A program made the position numbers and the translations under genes. This document shows positions 25,171-36,664 of a stretch of DNA of 64,000 nucleotides, one piece after another. This DNA is from Vicugna vicugna (lineage: Eukaryota): positions 631,985-695,984 of the forward strand of contig MU057887.1 of assembly GCA_013265495.1 (NCBI GenBank), written 5' to 3'. The notes below the pieces were generated by a model that was not told where the DNA came from, did no database searches, and saw nothing but the letters and a program-made list of their open reading frames with translations. Numbering within the stretch: position 1 is the stretch's first letter; the number at the start of each line of letters is the position of its first letter.

Positions 25171-27386
25171 TGGCAAGATACTGTGTTGCCATCAGAGGAA
25201 GAGCGATGTGAAATGAAAGAAAATCCCATGGAATTTAGTGAAAAGAGGAGGTCTGCTACTGCTCCAGCTAGAGAGGCAGCGCGGGGCAGGGGTGAGGGGA
25301 TGGGAGTGGTGGCTAGAGTGACCTGTTCTGGAAACAGGAGGCGAGCTCTTGCTTTGTCCTGCGGTCGCCCAGGCTAACCACTTGGCCAGGTCACTGTCTG
25401 CCATTGGCATTTGAGTCCATCTGCCAGGCTGCCCTCGCCCTCTGCTCAGCAGAAGCTTCCGAGTCCTCCTTTTGAGGGCAGAAAGACGTCTCCCTGATCT
25501 GAGCTGCAGGTGCTGCTAGTCAGAATCCACCCGCCCTCGGGCTGCCCCGTCACCCATCCCCCGCAAAGGCCGGCACCATCCTGAGCAAGGGACCAAGAAT
25601 TTCAGTCTTATTTCTGTCTTACCCTCTTGCAGATAAATCTGTATCATTGCTTTGATTTGAAATGATAGTTTGGATCGAAAGCCCTTCCCGCTTTTATTAC
25701 CATTCCATATTTAAAGACAAGTAGAATATCCGTCCCTTAGGACAGGGGCCTTGTCTGAACCCAACCCCCAGTCTTTGTTCCTAAAGCCCCCCCTTTCAAC
25801 GGAGGCGGCTGAGCTGTGGGCGCCTCAGCTGGGCTGCAGTTGGCTCCTCGCCAGCCTCCTGCCAGCGGGGCTGTTGTCACTCCCAGATGGGGCCCACCCC
25901 CGCCTCAGCGGGAGGCTGATGGCTCTCCCAGGCCAGGCAGGGCGGGAGGGAGGCGGGTCCTGCCCAGACTTGCAGCGTACTTGCAGGGGGCTCCACGGAG
26001 GATGGTATCTGCTGGGAATGGAAACCCTGACTCATGGCAAAATCAGCCTGATTTCCACAAAGAAAGAACTCGCGCAAGTCTCCACTTGGCCCCGGTTTCC
26101 CCCTACTGCTTCCCCCCTACTGCGGGGTGCCGGCCTGCGCAGGGGGTGGAGCCCAGGACTGGCTGTAGCTCTGCCTCCCCCCTGTTCCTAGAGGCGCCAC
26201 CCCACCCGGGGGTCCTCCCTTTTCGTGTGCCCACTATCCTTGCAACCAAGTTCAGAATTCTTTCTTTTTAAAAGTTATCTTTTCTACATCAAAAGTTACA
26301 CACATCTTTACAAAAAAGCAAGCAAAACCCAAGAGCAGAAAGGGAAAGCGTCTCCCCTGCTGGGCAGTGTCTGTGTGCCCAAGACTTTATATATATTTTT
26401 TTTAAATGAGACCAGACGGTTCTGCCACTTCCTTTTTTTTTAACCTCCTTAATGTATTTTGACATCATTTCATGTCCATGTGGTTATGTCATCTTTTAAG
26501 AAATGATTGCATTGTCCAAAATACATCTTTACGAGGAGAAAGTGGAACAAGATAGAAGGAGAGTGTCAGGACAGTTTTAGGACGAGGGCAGTCCCCCTCC
26601 CCGTGTGCGGCCTGCGTCTTCTGTCTGCATGCCCCTGCAGATGGCACCCTCACTCCCGCAGCACAGTGGGATCTGTGGTAGAAGCTCGTGTGTGGCCAGA
26701 ATCCATCTTCCTGGAGCCCCTGCACCCGTCCCTGGCACCCCGAGAGCCTGTTTCCCCTCCGGCCACGAAGCAGGCGGCCCTGTGGCTGCAAAGCTCCACC
26801 CAGGGCTGGGGTCCGAGAAAGCAGAGGCCTCTTTCCCTGTTATAAAACACGGAATGTTCTAGGACCTTGAGGTTTGGTCACCCAGAGCCTTGCAACTATC
26901 ACATCTTCTCAGGTTTTCACTTTTCTTTTTCTTTGAAATCCCTCCCCTGGTCCATCTTCCTTTCTGCTTTAGTGAGGACCAGAGGTGAGGCCGGCACAGG
27001 GCTTCCCACCCGTGGATCCACTCCGGTCTTGGGATGTTCACGGGTCCTGGGTTCTGTGGTCACTGGGTTAAACAAAGTGACGGGGCATCATCTAGGCTCT
27101 TCCTGCATGGGCCCCTCAGAGGAGAAGCTATGCGGTGTGTTCCCAGACCACTCGGGCCTTTTTTTTCACTTGCTCTGTTTATTCACTCTCCCATTCATTT
27201 ATTCATTCACTCATCGGTCACCTGGTCCTCACCTCGTGGAGCTCACAGGCTGGCAGGCTCCCCTCTCTGGATCCCATATGCCAGTGTTTCCTGGCATGGG
27301 TTTGGGAGCGTTAGCCACGACTGGAGCACAGGAAGCTTGCACTTGGGGGAAGGCAGCAGTCACGTTTCTAAACACAGCCTTTGGGC

Positions 27387-27549
27387 GGGGAGGGTAGAGC
27401 TCAGTGGTGGAGCGCGTGCTTAGCATGCACAAGGTCCCCAGTACCTCCATTAAAAAAAATTAAAATAAATAAACTTAATCACCTCCTCCCCTGAATAAAT
27501 ACATTGTACTAAAAATAAATGTTCTAAAATTAAGTAAATAAATAAATAA
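27387..27549 (+). mobile_element. tRNA-derived SINE (Vic-1-like) lacking its B box
   Basis: Head present; TSD-like taaacacagcct / taagcacagcct; GGGTTCAA segment missing. Confidence 0.88.
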
Positions 27550-27872
27550 GCACAGCCTCATGTCGGGCGGCGGCCAGGCTTTCCCTGTGAAGAGCGAGAG
27601 AGTAAATACCAGCTTCGCCCACCGCAGGGTCCCTGTTGCAGCAACGGGGAATGATCCGTAGACAATGCAATAAAGAATGGGCTTCGGTAGAACTGCATTT
27701 ACAGAAGCAGGCAGTGGGCTGGGTCTGGCCGGTGGCCTGTGGTTTATCCCATGCCCTCAAATTTAAGGGCCCTCGTCCTGGCTGGGAGGAGGGAGACCCT
27801 GGTTCTAGACCTGAGTGAGCCCCAACTCCAGCCTTGGGCTTAGGGAGTTTCCTGTTTATAAAATGGAGATGA

Positions 27873-28023
27873 GGGGAGGGTAGAGCTCAGTGGTAGAGCA
27901 TGTGCTTAGCATGCACGAGGTCCTGGGTTCAGTCCCCAGTACCTCCATTAAAAATACATAAATAAGTCTAATTACCTCTCCCAAAACAAACAAAAATGAA
28001 ATAAAACAAAATATAAATAATAA
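27873..28023 (+). mobile_element. tRNA-derived SINE (Vic-1-like)
   Basis: GGGGAGGGTAGAGCTCAGTGGTAGAG...GGGTTCAGTCCCCAGTACCTCCA plus A-rich tail. Confidence 0.9.
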
Positions 28024-29011
28024 TCATGGCCCTGACTAACTTGCAGGCTAGCTATGGTCGTCAAGGGCAGTAATGGAGGTAAAAGCTTTTATAAACTGTG
28101 AAGTGCAGCATTGGTGAGACCATCAATACAAAGGCCGACTCCAGGTCGGGAGGGAGTCCCTCCCACCATGTCTCTGAGGAGGGTGGGGCTTGGCTGGAGG
28201 GGAGGAGGACCCTGATCCTCTCCCATCACTCTTTCTCTTGGTACCCACCCCCCCCAGATGGTTTATAAGCGTCGAACAAAGTGATTCTTCAGACCTTAGT
28301 TCCTTTTAGAAGACTACTCGTAGGAGGTTCAGTCTGTGTGAGTTTGCACCAAATCTGAGCATGAGGAGTAAACAGAAGTGTAACCGAGCTCTCCTTGTTT
28401 ACTGGGTCACACTCGCTGGGTGTGTGTTCAAGGGGGATGAACGCCCCATGGTCCCCCATCAGAGGCATGGCTAGTCGGGGAGGGCACTCACTGTGTCGTG
28501 AGCTTACAGCAACCCTTCCCCGGGGCCCTGAGTCCGCGTGGAGCCAGAACGGGGGCAGGTGGGCAGGGGGAGGTGTGCCGAGGAGACTGTTCAAGTCTAA
28601 GAGAGACATGTTCACCAGGCAGGCGGGGCGACTGCTTTCCAGGCAGGGATGAGGTGGGTAAAGAGGCAGGATCTGAGTGACCACTCCAGAGAAGCACGTG
28701 AATACAGGTTGGCATCTGAATTGCCAAGTTCACGGTGTGGTGTTCACAGGCAGGCAGCTTTGGATTCGGTGTGGTGAAAGATGGAGGTGTTGAGAGGCAG
28801 GAAGATGGAGTGGGGAGGTGGTAGTCAAGGTGTATCGTGCTGGTGAAACTGGGAGCCATTTGGGAGGCTGCCGTGTGGTCCCAGGTGAGGGCATCACAGT
28901 CACTCCACTTGTGGTTTTATACAGAGGAGGGAAGTGGGATGTGGAGATCCAGTTGTTGGGTTTTGGAAGCCCTCCAAGTTTAACCCCGCTGTCTGTCTTT
29001 CCCCACTGTAG

Positions 29012-29155
29012 ATATCAATGAATGTTTAAGTATCAGTGCCCCATGCCCTGTCGGGCAGACATGCATCAACACGGAGGGCTCCTACACGTGCCAGAAGAAT
29101 GTGCCCAACTGTGGCCGTGGCTACCATCTCAACGAGGAGGGAACCCGCTGTGTTG
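29012..29155 (+). CDS. FBLN1: FBLN1 exon 9 (144 nt), cb[51 protein letters not shown]
   Basis: ccccactgtag| acceptor, TTG|gttggt donor; read manually because the ORF track shows other frames. Confidence 0.95.
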
Positions 29156-29968
29156 GTTGGTATTAAAAAAGAAAACCAATCTGAAATGGTCCTTTCTGTC
29201 TGCTCCCAGCACAATTCTCCCCTTCTCTGGAAGGGGAGGGCAGATCCCCAAAGGAAGCTGTTTGCCCCTGTCCATCCGTCCCATTGCTGATCTACAGGCA
29301 ACGGTCTTTACAGGCTACTGCCTGGACTATTGCAGTAGAATGCCAACCCACCCGCTCCCTTCAGCTTTGTCCCTTTAGTCTGTTCATTTTGTCCTGAGCT
29401 GAGCTCTCTTGCCCCTCCCTGCTCACAGTCCCCATTGGTGACAGACAGGGCAGATGCCCCTGCTTACAATTCGGTCCTCCTGAGTCGGCACCAACTTCAC
29501 AAACTTTATAATCCAGATGAAGTAGGTCTTACTGCTCCCCTAGTGAGCCTGCCCTTTCCTCTGTGTGTGTGTCTTTTGTTTTGTTTTGTTTTGTCTTGTC
29601 TTGTCTCTTACATTCTCCCCTCTGTTCACCTGCTCCTACATTCCTTTGAGTCCAGGAAAGGCTATTTGGCATCCATCCTGCCCAGATCCTGGCCAGACAG
29701 AGGAGTCTCCTCCCTGTAACCCCCAGAGCACTGCCTCAGCCTCTCCCTAGTCGCTGGACACTTCCTGCCTTAACTAGGGTCATCACTGGCCTGCAGAAGT
29801 CCCCAGAGGGAAGAGGCTGCATCCGGGTCAGCTGTCTCCCCAGCACGGGGTTGGTGCCTCATAGGTGATTTGTGAAATCGTGTTGCAGAAGTAAATGACG
29901 CTGCTTTGTCGATGTGCGTGTTAACTGGCTCTTCTCTTGTCTTCCTTTCTGATTGTCTCAGAGCAGAA

Positions 29969-29994
29969 ACACACACACATACACACACACACAC
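29969..29994. repeat. (AC)n microsatellite upstream of exon 10
   Basis: Directly visible, one interruption. Confidence 0.9.
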
Positions 29995-30034
29995 TAAATG
30001 AAGGTTTTCCACTGTGTCTTTCTCTTTTGCAAAG

Positions 30035-30163
30035 ATGTGGATGAGTGTTCACCTCCTGCTGAGCCCTGTGGGCCAGGGCACCACTGTGTGAACTCTGCTG
30101 GAAGTTTCCGCTGCGAGTGCAAGGCTGGCTACTACTTTGATGGCATCAGCCGGACGTGTGTGG
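30035..30163 (+). CDS. FBLN1: FBLN1 exon 10 (129 nt), cb[46 protein letters not shown]
   Basis: ctcttttgcaaag| acceptor, TGG|gtacgt donor. Confidence 0.96.
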
Positions 30164-30934
30164 GTACGTGGGTCTCCCTACAGGCCTGGGGGGGGGGCCT
30201 GGCCAGATGACACCAAGGAGAACCTAGCCTGTGGCACCGTGGAGTGACCTGGTCTGCTCCTCACCTCTGAAAATCCCAAGTGCCAGCAGCCCCAGGGAAG
30301 AGGCCTCAGTCAGGAGACCCCGCTCTGGTTCCAGGTCTGCTGCTGCCTGCTCATGCGGCTCCTGGGGTGGCCCTCCCAGGTGTGAGCCAGGCTCCCCACC
30401 TGGAGAACCTGCATGGCCCAGGACCTCCAAGTATTTGTGAGACTCCAGGGCACTCTACAAACGCCCCAAGTCTTAGTGATTTCCCAGAGATGCACTGCTG
30501 GCTTGTAGGGCTGCAGGGCCGAGCTGTGTGCTCACCCAGGGCAGTGAGAATCCAAGACAGCTTTTTGGCCCCAACACGAGGAGCAGGGACAGATCCTGCT
30601 GGCGGAATCTGAGGGTGCCCCGGGGAGGCTGACATCTGCCCTGCCCCCGTGGCAAGATCCTGGGGACCCTCCCTCAGGGCTCTGGGGTGGAGGACTGGCA
30701 GGTGGCCACTTTCCCAGATGTTCTGTCTGTCGTGGAAGGAGCTAGAGGCTTGCCCAGCAGGCAGGCTGGTGTGGTCCCGGCTCTCCTGATGCCTTGCCTT
30801 GTGTTTGGGACAATCACGCTGCCTTTCTCTGAGAGATGAGGCCGAGGGAGGTAGGGGACAGAGGTCGTGAGCTGCCGCCGCGGGCAGCACTGCCCAGGGA
30901 GGACGCTGCCCAAGCCGCCTTCCCGCTGTTTCAG

Positions 30935-31060
30935 ACATAAACGAGTGCCGACGCTACCCCGGGCGCCTGTGCGGCCACAAGTGCGAGAACACACCGGGCT
31001 CCTACTACTGCAGCTGCACCGTGGGCTTCCGGCTCTCCACCGACGGCCGGTCCTGCGAAG
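30935..31060 (+). CDS. FBLN1: FBLN1 exon 11 (126 nt), cb[45 protein letters not shown]
   Basis: ctgtttcag| acceptor, AAG|gtgagg donor (duplicated 38 nt downstream, see findings). Confidence 0.96.
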
Positions 31061-31160
31061 GTGAGGGGCGGGGCCGGGGCGGGGCCGGTCCTGCGAAGGT
31101 GAGGGGCGGGGCCGGGGCGGGGCCTGTCCTGCCCAGGTGGAGGCGGGGCCGGGCCGAGGC
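31045..31160 (+). repeat. 38-bp tandem duplication across the exon 11 donor (2 exact copies plus 1 degenerate)
   Basis: ggccggtcctgcgaaggtgaggggcggggccggggcgg at 31045-31082 and 31083-31120. Confidence 0.97.
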
Positions 31161-31533
31161 GCTCCGTGACGTCATCCGCGCCCTTTACCACCCCCCCCAA
31201 GTTGTCCGCCTCCCTGGGGAACCACAGCTCCTGCAGACCCGTTTGGGACTGACCCACATGTACCCTAGCGCATATTCAGTGACATGTCAGCCGGGAAAAT
31301 GTCCCTAAAAGGTTGCTTGTCAGAGATGACCGCTCTCCCCGATTTCCCCTGGGCCCTGGAGGGGCCGCTAACCCCTGCCCTCCGAGGCTGCACACGTGGG
31401 GACTGAGGGACTGACAAGTTGTGGCATGTGGCTGAGAGTGTGGGGAGGAGGGCGTCCGACCCTCCGCTTACTCACATGACCTTGGGGAGTGGCTGACCTC
31501 ACCCGCCTCGGTATCCTCCCAGGGGAAATGGGG

Positions 31534-32085
31534 TTGTTACGCCAAAGAGAAACCAAAGTGGACACTTTTTGAGCGCGGTAAGACATTTTATTCAGACTAT
31601 GGCAACAGGGAAAAGAGACTTCAGCCTAAATTGATTTCAAGTCCACCGAAACAGAATGTGTGGGCTTTTTAAATGCTGGGGCATGCTGGGGGAAAGTACT
31701 GAAGGATGTTGGGGGAGGTGCAGACAGTGCAGGTAGACCAGCTGTGTCTGTTCACTGGCTCCAGCCCTCCTGCAGAGTCTGAGATGGGGGCCTCCCTTCT
31801 TGCTGATGACATTTCGAAGGCATGGTTTCCAGGTCCTTAGACACGTCTGGGTTGCAGAAGATACATGTCAAAGGGACAGAAAAAGTTCCCGTTTGCAAGT
31901 TTTCTGAAGTAAATGCTTCTAAGAAAAGGGAGGTTAGATGTGTAGTCCAGTATTGGCTGGAACACACAGTAAGTTCTTTGGCAGCGTTGAGCTTTCCCAG
32001 GCAGGCATTTCAAAGCGGCAGGGATTGTCGTTCTGGGGACACAGTCTTGGGCTGATACTAAAGTTCAGTCAGGTCTCTTTGTCTG
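31534..32085 (-). mobile_element. ERV1-class solo LTR (MER31/MER67-like), approximate bounds
   Basis: tgttac..aaaccaaagtggaca..ttttattcagactatggcaacagggaaaagagacttcag resembles the family as recalled; AATAAA on the reverse strand. Confidence 0.5.
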
Positions 32086-32554
32086 AGGGGGCAGGTTGGA
32101 CTGAGTCGTTGGTGCCCAGAGTCTTGGGGTTTGACCCCTTCTGATGGGATGGTCTGGGATGAGGTGAACAGCTCAGGGCCTGGCACATGGTGGGTGCTCA
32201 GCAGATGTCCTGTCTTCGACAGGAATTAGGTGATGAGGTCAGCAGAGACTGAGAGCTTTTGCTCACCCTTGGCAATCCCTCATGTTGCCCATCAACACGC
32301 ACGGTTGCCCCGGGGTGACCGGTGGAGCCAGACTCAAGACGTGGCAGGTCTTAAAGTTCTGGATTGAGAAGGATGATCACAAAAGTCGAATATGCCAGGC
32401 TGCACCCCAGTGTATAATTCTCAACCTGGAGGATGGACAGTGTGATGGGCTCCTGGGTCCTGGGCTTCCCCCGAGATTCTGGGATTTGTCCCCAAGAACC
32501 AGACCCAACACACATGTAGTGGCAAGGAACAAGGTTCACATGTCGGGGTCCCTT

Positions 32555-32730
32555 GGGCCTGGGTTCAAATCCCAGCTCTGTCATTTTTATTACCTTGAAG
32601 AAGTAACTCAGCGTTTCTGGGCCTTGGTGTCCTCATCTGTAAAATGGGAATAGTAGGACCCACCTTGTAAGGGAGTTGTGAAGATGAAACAAGATGAAGC
32701 CTCTGAAGGGCTTGTCACAGAGCCTGGGGT
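32555..32730 (+). mobile_element. MIR fragment
   Basis: cctgggttcaaatcccagctctg..cctcatctgtaaaatggga. Confidence 0.75.
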
Positions 32731-33138
32731 GGGATGAAGTGCTGGTATCCCTGTTATTATCTTTTTTGGCTTGTGCTGCCCTGGTCACTCCTAAATGACC
32801 AAATAGTAGATTTTCACATCTATGTTAGTGAATGATATTGTGGACAAAAGCCAGGGCCGGGCCAGCCTTGCTGTATTATTCCACTAAGCATTTGTAAAGC
32901 AGCGCTCCGCCAAGGTGTGTAGCAAGAACATGGTTCCTGCCTTCAGAGAGCGTTTCTAGGATGTGATGAGAAACCATACTGGGCAGAGGTGAGCTGGTGA
33001 ACAGACAGGTGGCAGCCAGGGGCTGTGAGGGCTGCAGGGGCAAGATACAGGGTAAGGGTCTAATGGACGTTCTTGGCAATTTACCCCTCCTCCTTGCTAA
33101 GAATCAGCAGTAAACAAATGTGAGAAGGGACTTCTGGG

Positions 33139-33341
33139 CCAGAGGTTGACACTTTTTTTTCCTAAAAGCCACACAGTAAATATCTCAGGCTTCACTGGCT
33201 GCATCTCTGTTTCAGCTACTCCAGTCTGCTGTTGCGGCGCACAAGCAGCCAGGGACTTTGGTAAATGAATGAACATGGCCGTGTGCCAATAAAACTTTAT
33301 TTGCAAACACAAGCGGTGGGCCAGAAGTTCACTGATCCCTG
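33139..33341. mobile_element. MER58-like hAT-Charlie element
   Basis: gtaaatatctcaggctt..gtgccaataaaactttatttgcaaacacaagc. Confidence 0.75.
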
Positions 33342-33772
33342 CTCTAGGCAGAGGAAACAGATGAGCAAGAGCCTGTGAGTTCAGACCTTTGCAGCATTAG
33401 GAGCAATGAGTTTTCAGCGAGTGTGAAGAGGGATGTTGTCTGGGAGGTGAAGAGGGGAGGATATGATCAGATTTCCACCTGAGAACTAGAATTGACTCTG
33501 CTACCCCGGGAGGGGCTGAACTAGAAGGAGCAGAGGCTAGAGGCTGTCACTGTCACCTCGTGGAGGAGCTGGGGGCAAGGAGATGCCAGATCACCCAGCC
33601 GTGAGAGGCTGGAGTGGGGGCCTCTCCCTTGGGGTTACCCTGGGCGGGCCCCTGGCCCCGCACTCGGAAGCCTCCACCTCAGTGTGTATGTTAACTTGAG
33701 GGAGATCTCGGCCCCCATCCCTCTGCAGTGACACAGCTCTGAGCGGTGACCTTGGGACCCTGTCTCTTTCAG

Positions 33773-33892
33773 ACGTGAACGAGTGTAACAGCAGCCCCTG
33801 TAGCCAGGAGTGCGCCAACGTCTACGGCTCCTACCAGTGTTACTGCCGACGAGGCTACCAGCTCAGCGACGTGGACGGGGTCACCTGCGAAG
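33773..33892 (+). CDS. FBLN1: FBLN1 exon 12 (120 nt), cb[43 protein letters not shown]
   Basis: tctctttcag| acceptor, AAG|gtgagg donor. Confidence 0.97.
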
Positions 33893-34652
33893 GTGAGGGC
33901 TGCCCTGCTCCGTCCCCTGCCCTCACCTCCTTCTGGCTGGCGGGTGGTTTGGGCTCTTTTCCTCTGAGATTTATTTGGATGCACTCTACCCACCATTGAA
34001 GGTGGGGTTTGTAAACCCGCTTCCCGGATTTTTCTGGACCTCCAGCAGGGCTTGCTGGCGGTGGGTGAGGAGGGGGCTCAGGGACCACCACAGCCCTGAC
34101 TCGCAGCTCTGCCTCTGGCCTTTTGAAAGCCCCTCACTGGGCCTGGGCCCTGCTCTTCTGTGACGCGGGAGTTGACTCCACCCTCACAGGGCTGTCAGAG
34201 GCTGAAACAAAAGCACTTCCTAGGGTGCCCAGCACAGTGCAGGCTCAAAGGGGCAACTGTTAAGATTAGTCCTATTTCCATATAAAGTGTATTTGTTATT
34301 AGCACATTTACAATAATCAGCATTAGAGCACAGCTGGCAGGGCAACTCTATTTGTGTCATTCTGAAGCCCTTAGCCCCATCCTACCCCCCCAGTCTCCTT
34401 CCTCCCCCCACGTGTGTACACTTCATGCCTGACTTGCTATATGGCTCTAAGCTAGGCTCTTCCCCTCTCTGGGCCTCAGTTTCCCCTTCTGATGTGATGG
34501 TCTCTGAGGCCGTCCCAGCCCCAGCCCTCTGGGGCTCCCTGTGTCCAGCTTGCTCTATGTGGCTGCCCTCTGGGCCACAGCCCAGCGCCGTAGGGGGGTG
34601 TAGCCCAGCCAGGGTCCACACGGGCCGCTGAGGGTGGGCTCTACCATCACAG

Positions 34653-34784
34653 ACATCGACGAGTGTGCCCTGCCCACCGGGGGCCACATCTGCTCCTACC
34701 GCTGCATCAACGTCCCTGGGAGCTTCCAGTGCAGCTGCCCCTCGACCGGATACAGGCTGGCCCCCAATGGCCGCAACTGCCAAG
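34653..34784 (+). CDS. FBLN1: FBLN1 exon 13 (132 nt), cb[47 protein letters not shown]
   Basis: catcacag| acceptor, AAG|gtgagt donor. Confidence 0.97.
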
Positions 34785-36540
34785 GTGAGTGGGGTGGAAC
34801 CGTGCGCGGGGCTCTGCGGTGTCAGGGACAGGGGTCAGCAGTCACACCACAGTCGGGTTGCATTCAAGGAGGGAGGACTCTGTCCCCTCGGTGTGTCCTG
34901 GGGCCCATGGGTACCTGGTCTTCCACACCCAGGCACGCTTGTCCACTGGGGGTTCTGAATCCTCCTGCCTGGCCCTGGGCAGCCCCAAGGGAGGCTGAAA
35001 GTGGGGCTGACAGCCTTTAGGAAGATGCCCACCGTGGAGGAAACAGGACAGCAGTGCACAGAAGGCCCCGCAGCATAGCTCTGCTGTTTGGTCTTTCATT
35101 TAGTCATTGGCCAAACCCTTGCTGTGGGCCAGGCCCTGCCAGGTGTCAAGGGCAAAGCAGTGAGTGGATGGTTACAGGCCTTTGTCCCAAGTGCTGGTCC
35201 CCACTTGGGAAGGGGATGGACCTGGTCAGGGTGTGTGACAACCCTGGGGTCTCTGTATTTATGGGCACTGTGGCTGTAGGGTCCTTCTGGGGCCTGGGGG
35301 TGGCTCCAGCATAGGCTGAACGAGGGGCGAGTGGATTCCATCCCGCACTCAGCTCCTTGTTCTGTGAACACGCCAGGGCTCACCCTGCACCCCGTAACCA
35401 TCCAGCTGGTAACCGAGAGCGGGTGCTAGGTAGGTGTCTGTGAATGAGGGACGCTGGAACGGACACGTTGGCCTCCCCTCCGGGAGCAGCCGCAGGAGCG
35501 GAGTCAGAGGCCGGGTCTGTCCAGCCCCCTCCTGAGGAGCCCCACACGGGGCAGGCGGCCCAGAGCCTCTGCAGATGTTGTTTCTGGTCGCAAAGGAGGT
35601 TTAAAGACTTTGATCAAAGGCAGGCGGGAGCTGCGGCGTTTCCTGGGAGGGGCCCGCTCGGCTTGTCCAGAGCTCTGGATGGGAGCTGCTTTGTTTTCAC
35701 GTTTCTGATGGGGCAGATGACTTCCTGCTCCTGGCCAGGCGCCCTCACCGCAGCCTGGGGTCCTGCCAGACGCAGCGAAAACACATTCCTGAGCCTCAGC
35801 CTTTGAGGCTGGGGACTGCTGTTTTTGCCACCAGCGGTCAGGATTTGGCACCCCTTAACAGATGCCTCTGGCATGGAGACATCCCCTGGACCCACCATTT
35901 GGCTGCTTGGGACAGTTGTGGGGCAGGGCAGGGCATCTCCCCATGTCCAAGGCGATCTTGTGACAGGCCTGGTTCCGGTCCAGCCCAGACAGTCACCGAC
36001 CCTGGACACTGGGCACAACAGCCTCCTTGTCTGTAATGTGGGGCCAGGAGCTTCTGCTCTTTCCTGGGGTGTTCCGAGTGGCACGTGGGGTCAGGGTGAT
36101 GCACCTCGGGAACCTCGGAGGTGCTGGCTGCCTGGCTTCAGAGCTCAACTCCACCACTTACAAAACGTGTGGCCTCAGGCCGGTCACTTAACCTGTATGA
36201 GCTCCTCCCTAAAAGAAGGACAGTAGCAGCAATGCCTCATCGAATTACTATGCGAATCAAGTGAGCTATTCCTGCAAAACACTCCCAGGGCCCGCACAGT
36301 GTTTGCTCTTGGCATTATTGTGCTCGCTCCAGGGACTGCGAGTAACAAGTAAATTAGACACAAACCTCTCGTAAGTAAAGAAGCCGGCACAGGGCGCTGC
36401 TCCAGAGAGCAGTCTCCGGCCGACAGGCATGGTGTGATGCCCTCGAACCCTGGTTGGTGGGAGGCCTGGGCACCCATCCGTGGGTGGGGACAGCTCGGGG
36501 GGCCTTGGCCTTCACCATGCTGCCTTGGGGTCTCCTGCAG

Positions 36541-36664
36541 ACGTCGATGAGTGTGTGACCGGCATCCACAACTGCTCCATCAACGAGACCTGCTTCAACA
36601 TCCAGGGCGGCTTCCGCTGCCTGGCCTTCGACTGTCCGGAGAACTACCGTCGCTCCGCAGACAC
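36541..36664 (+). CDS. FBLN1: FBLN1 exon 14 (124 nt), last common exon, cb[45 protein letters not shown]
   Basis: tctcctgcag| acceptor, AC|gtaagt phase-2 donor; sequons NCS and NET. Confidence 0.97.

Noticed and set aside
27873..27950. tRNA-Ala(AGC)-like sequences (five copies in the window)
   Set aside because: Extended 5' heads, A-rich tails, TSDs and broken acceptor stems mark them as SINEs, not tRNA genes.
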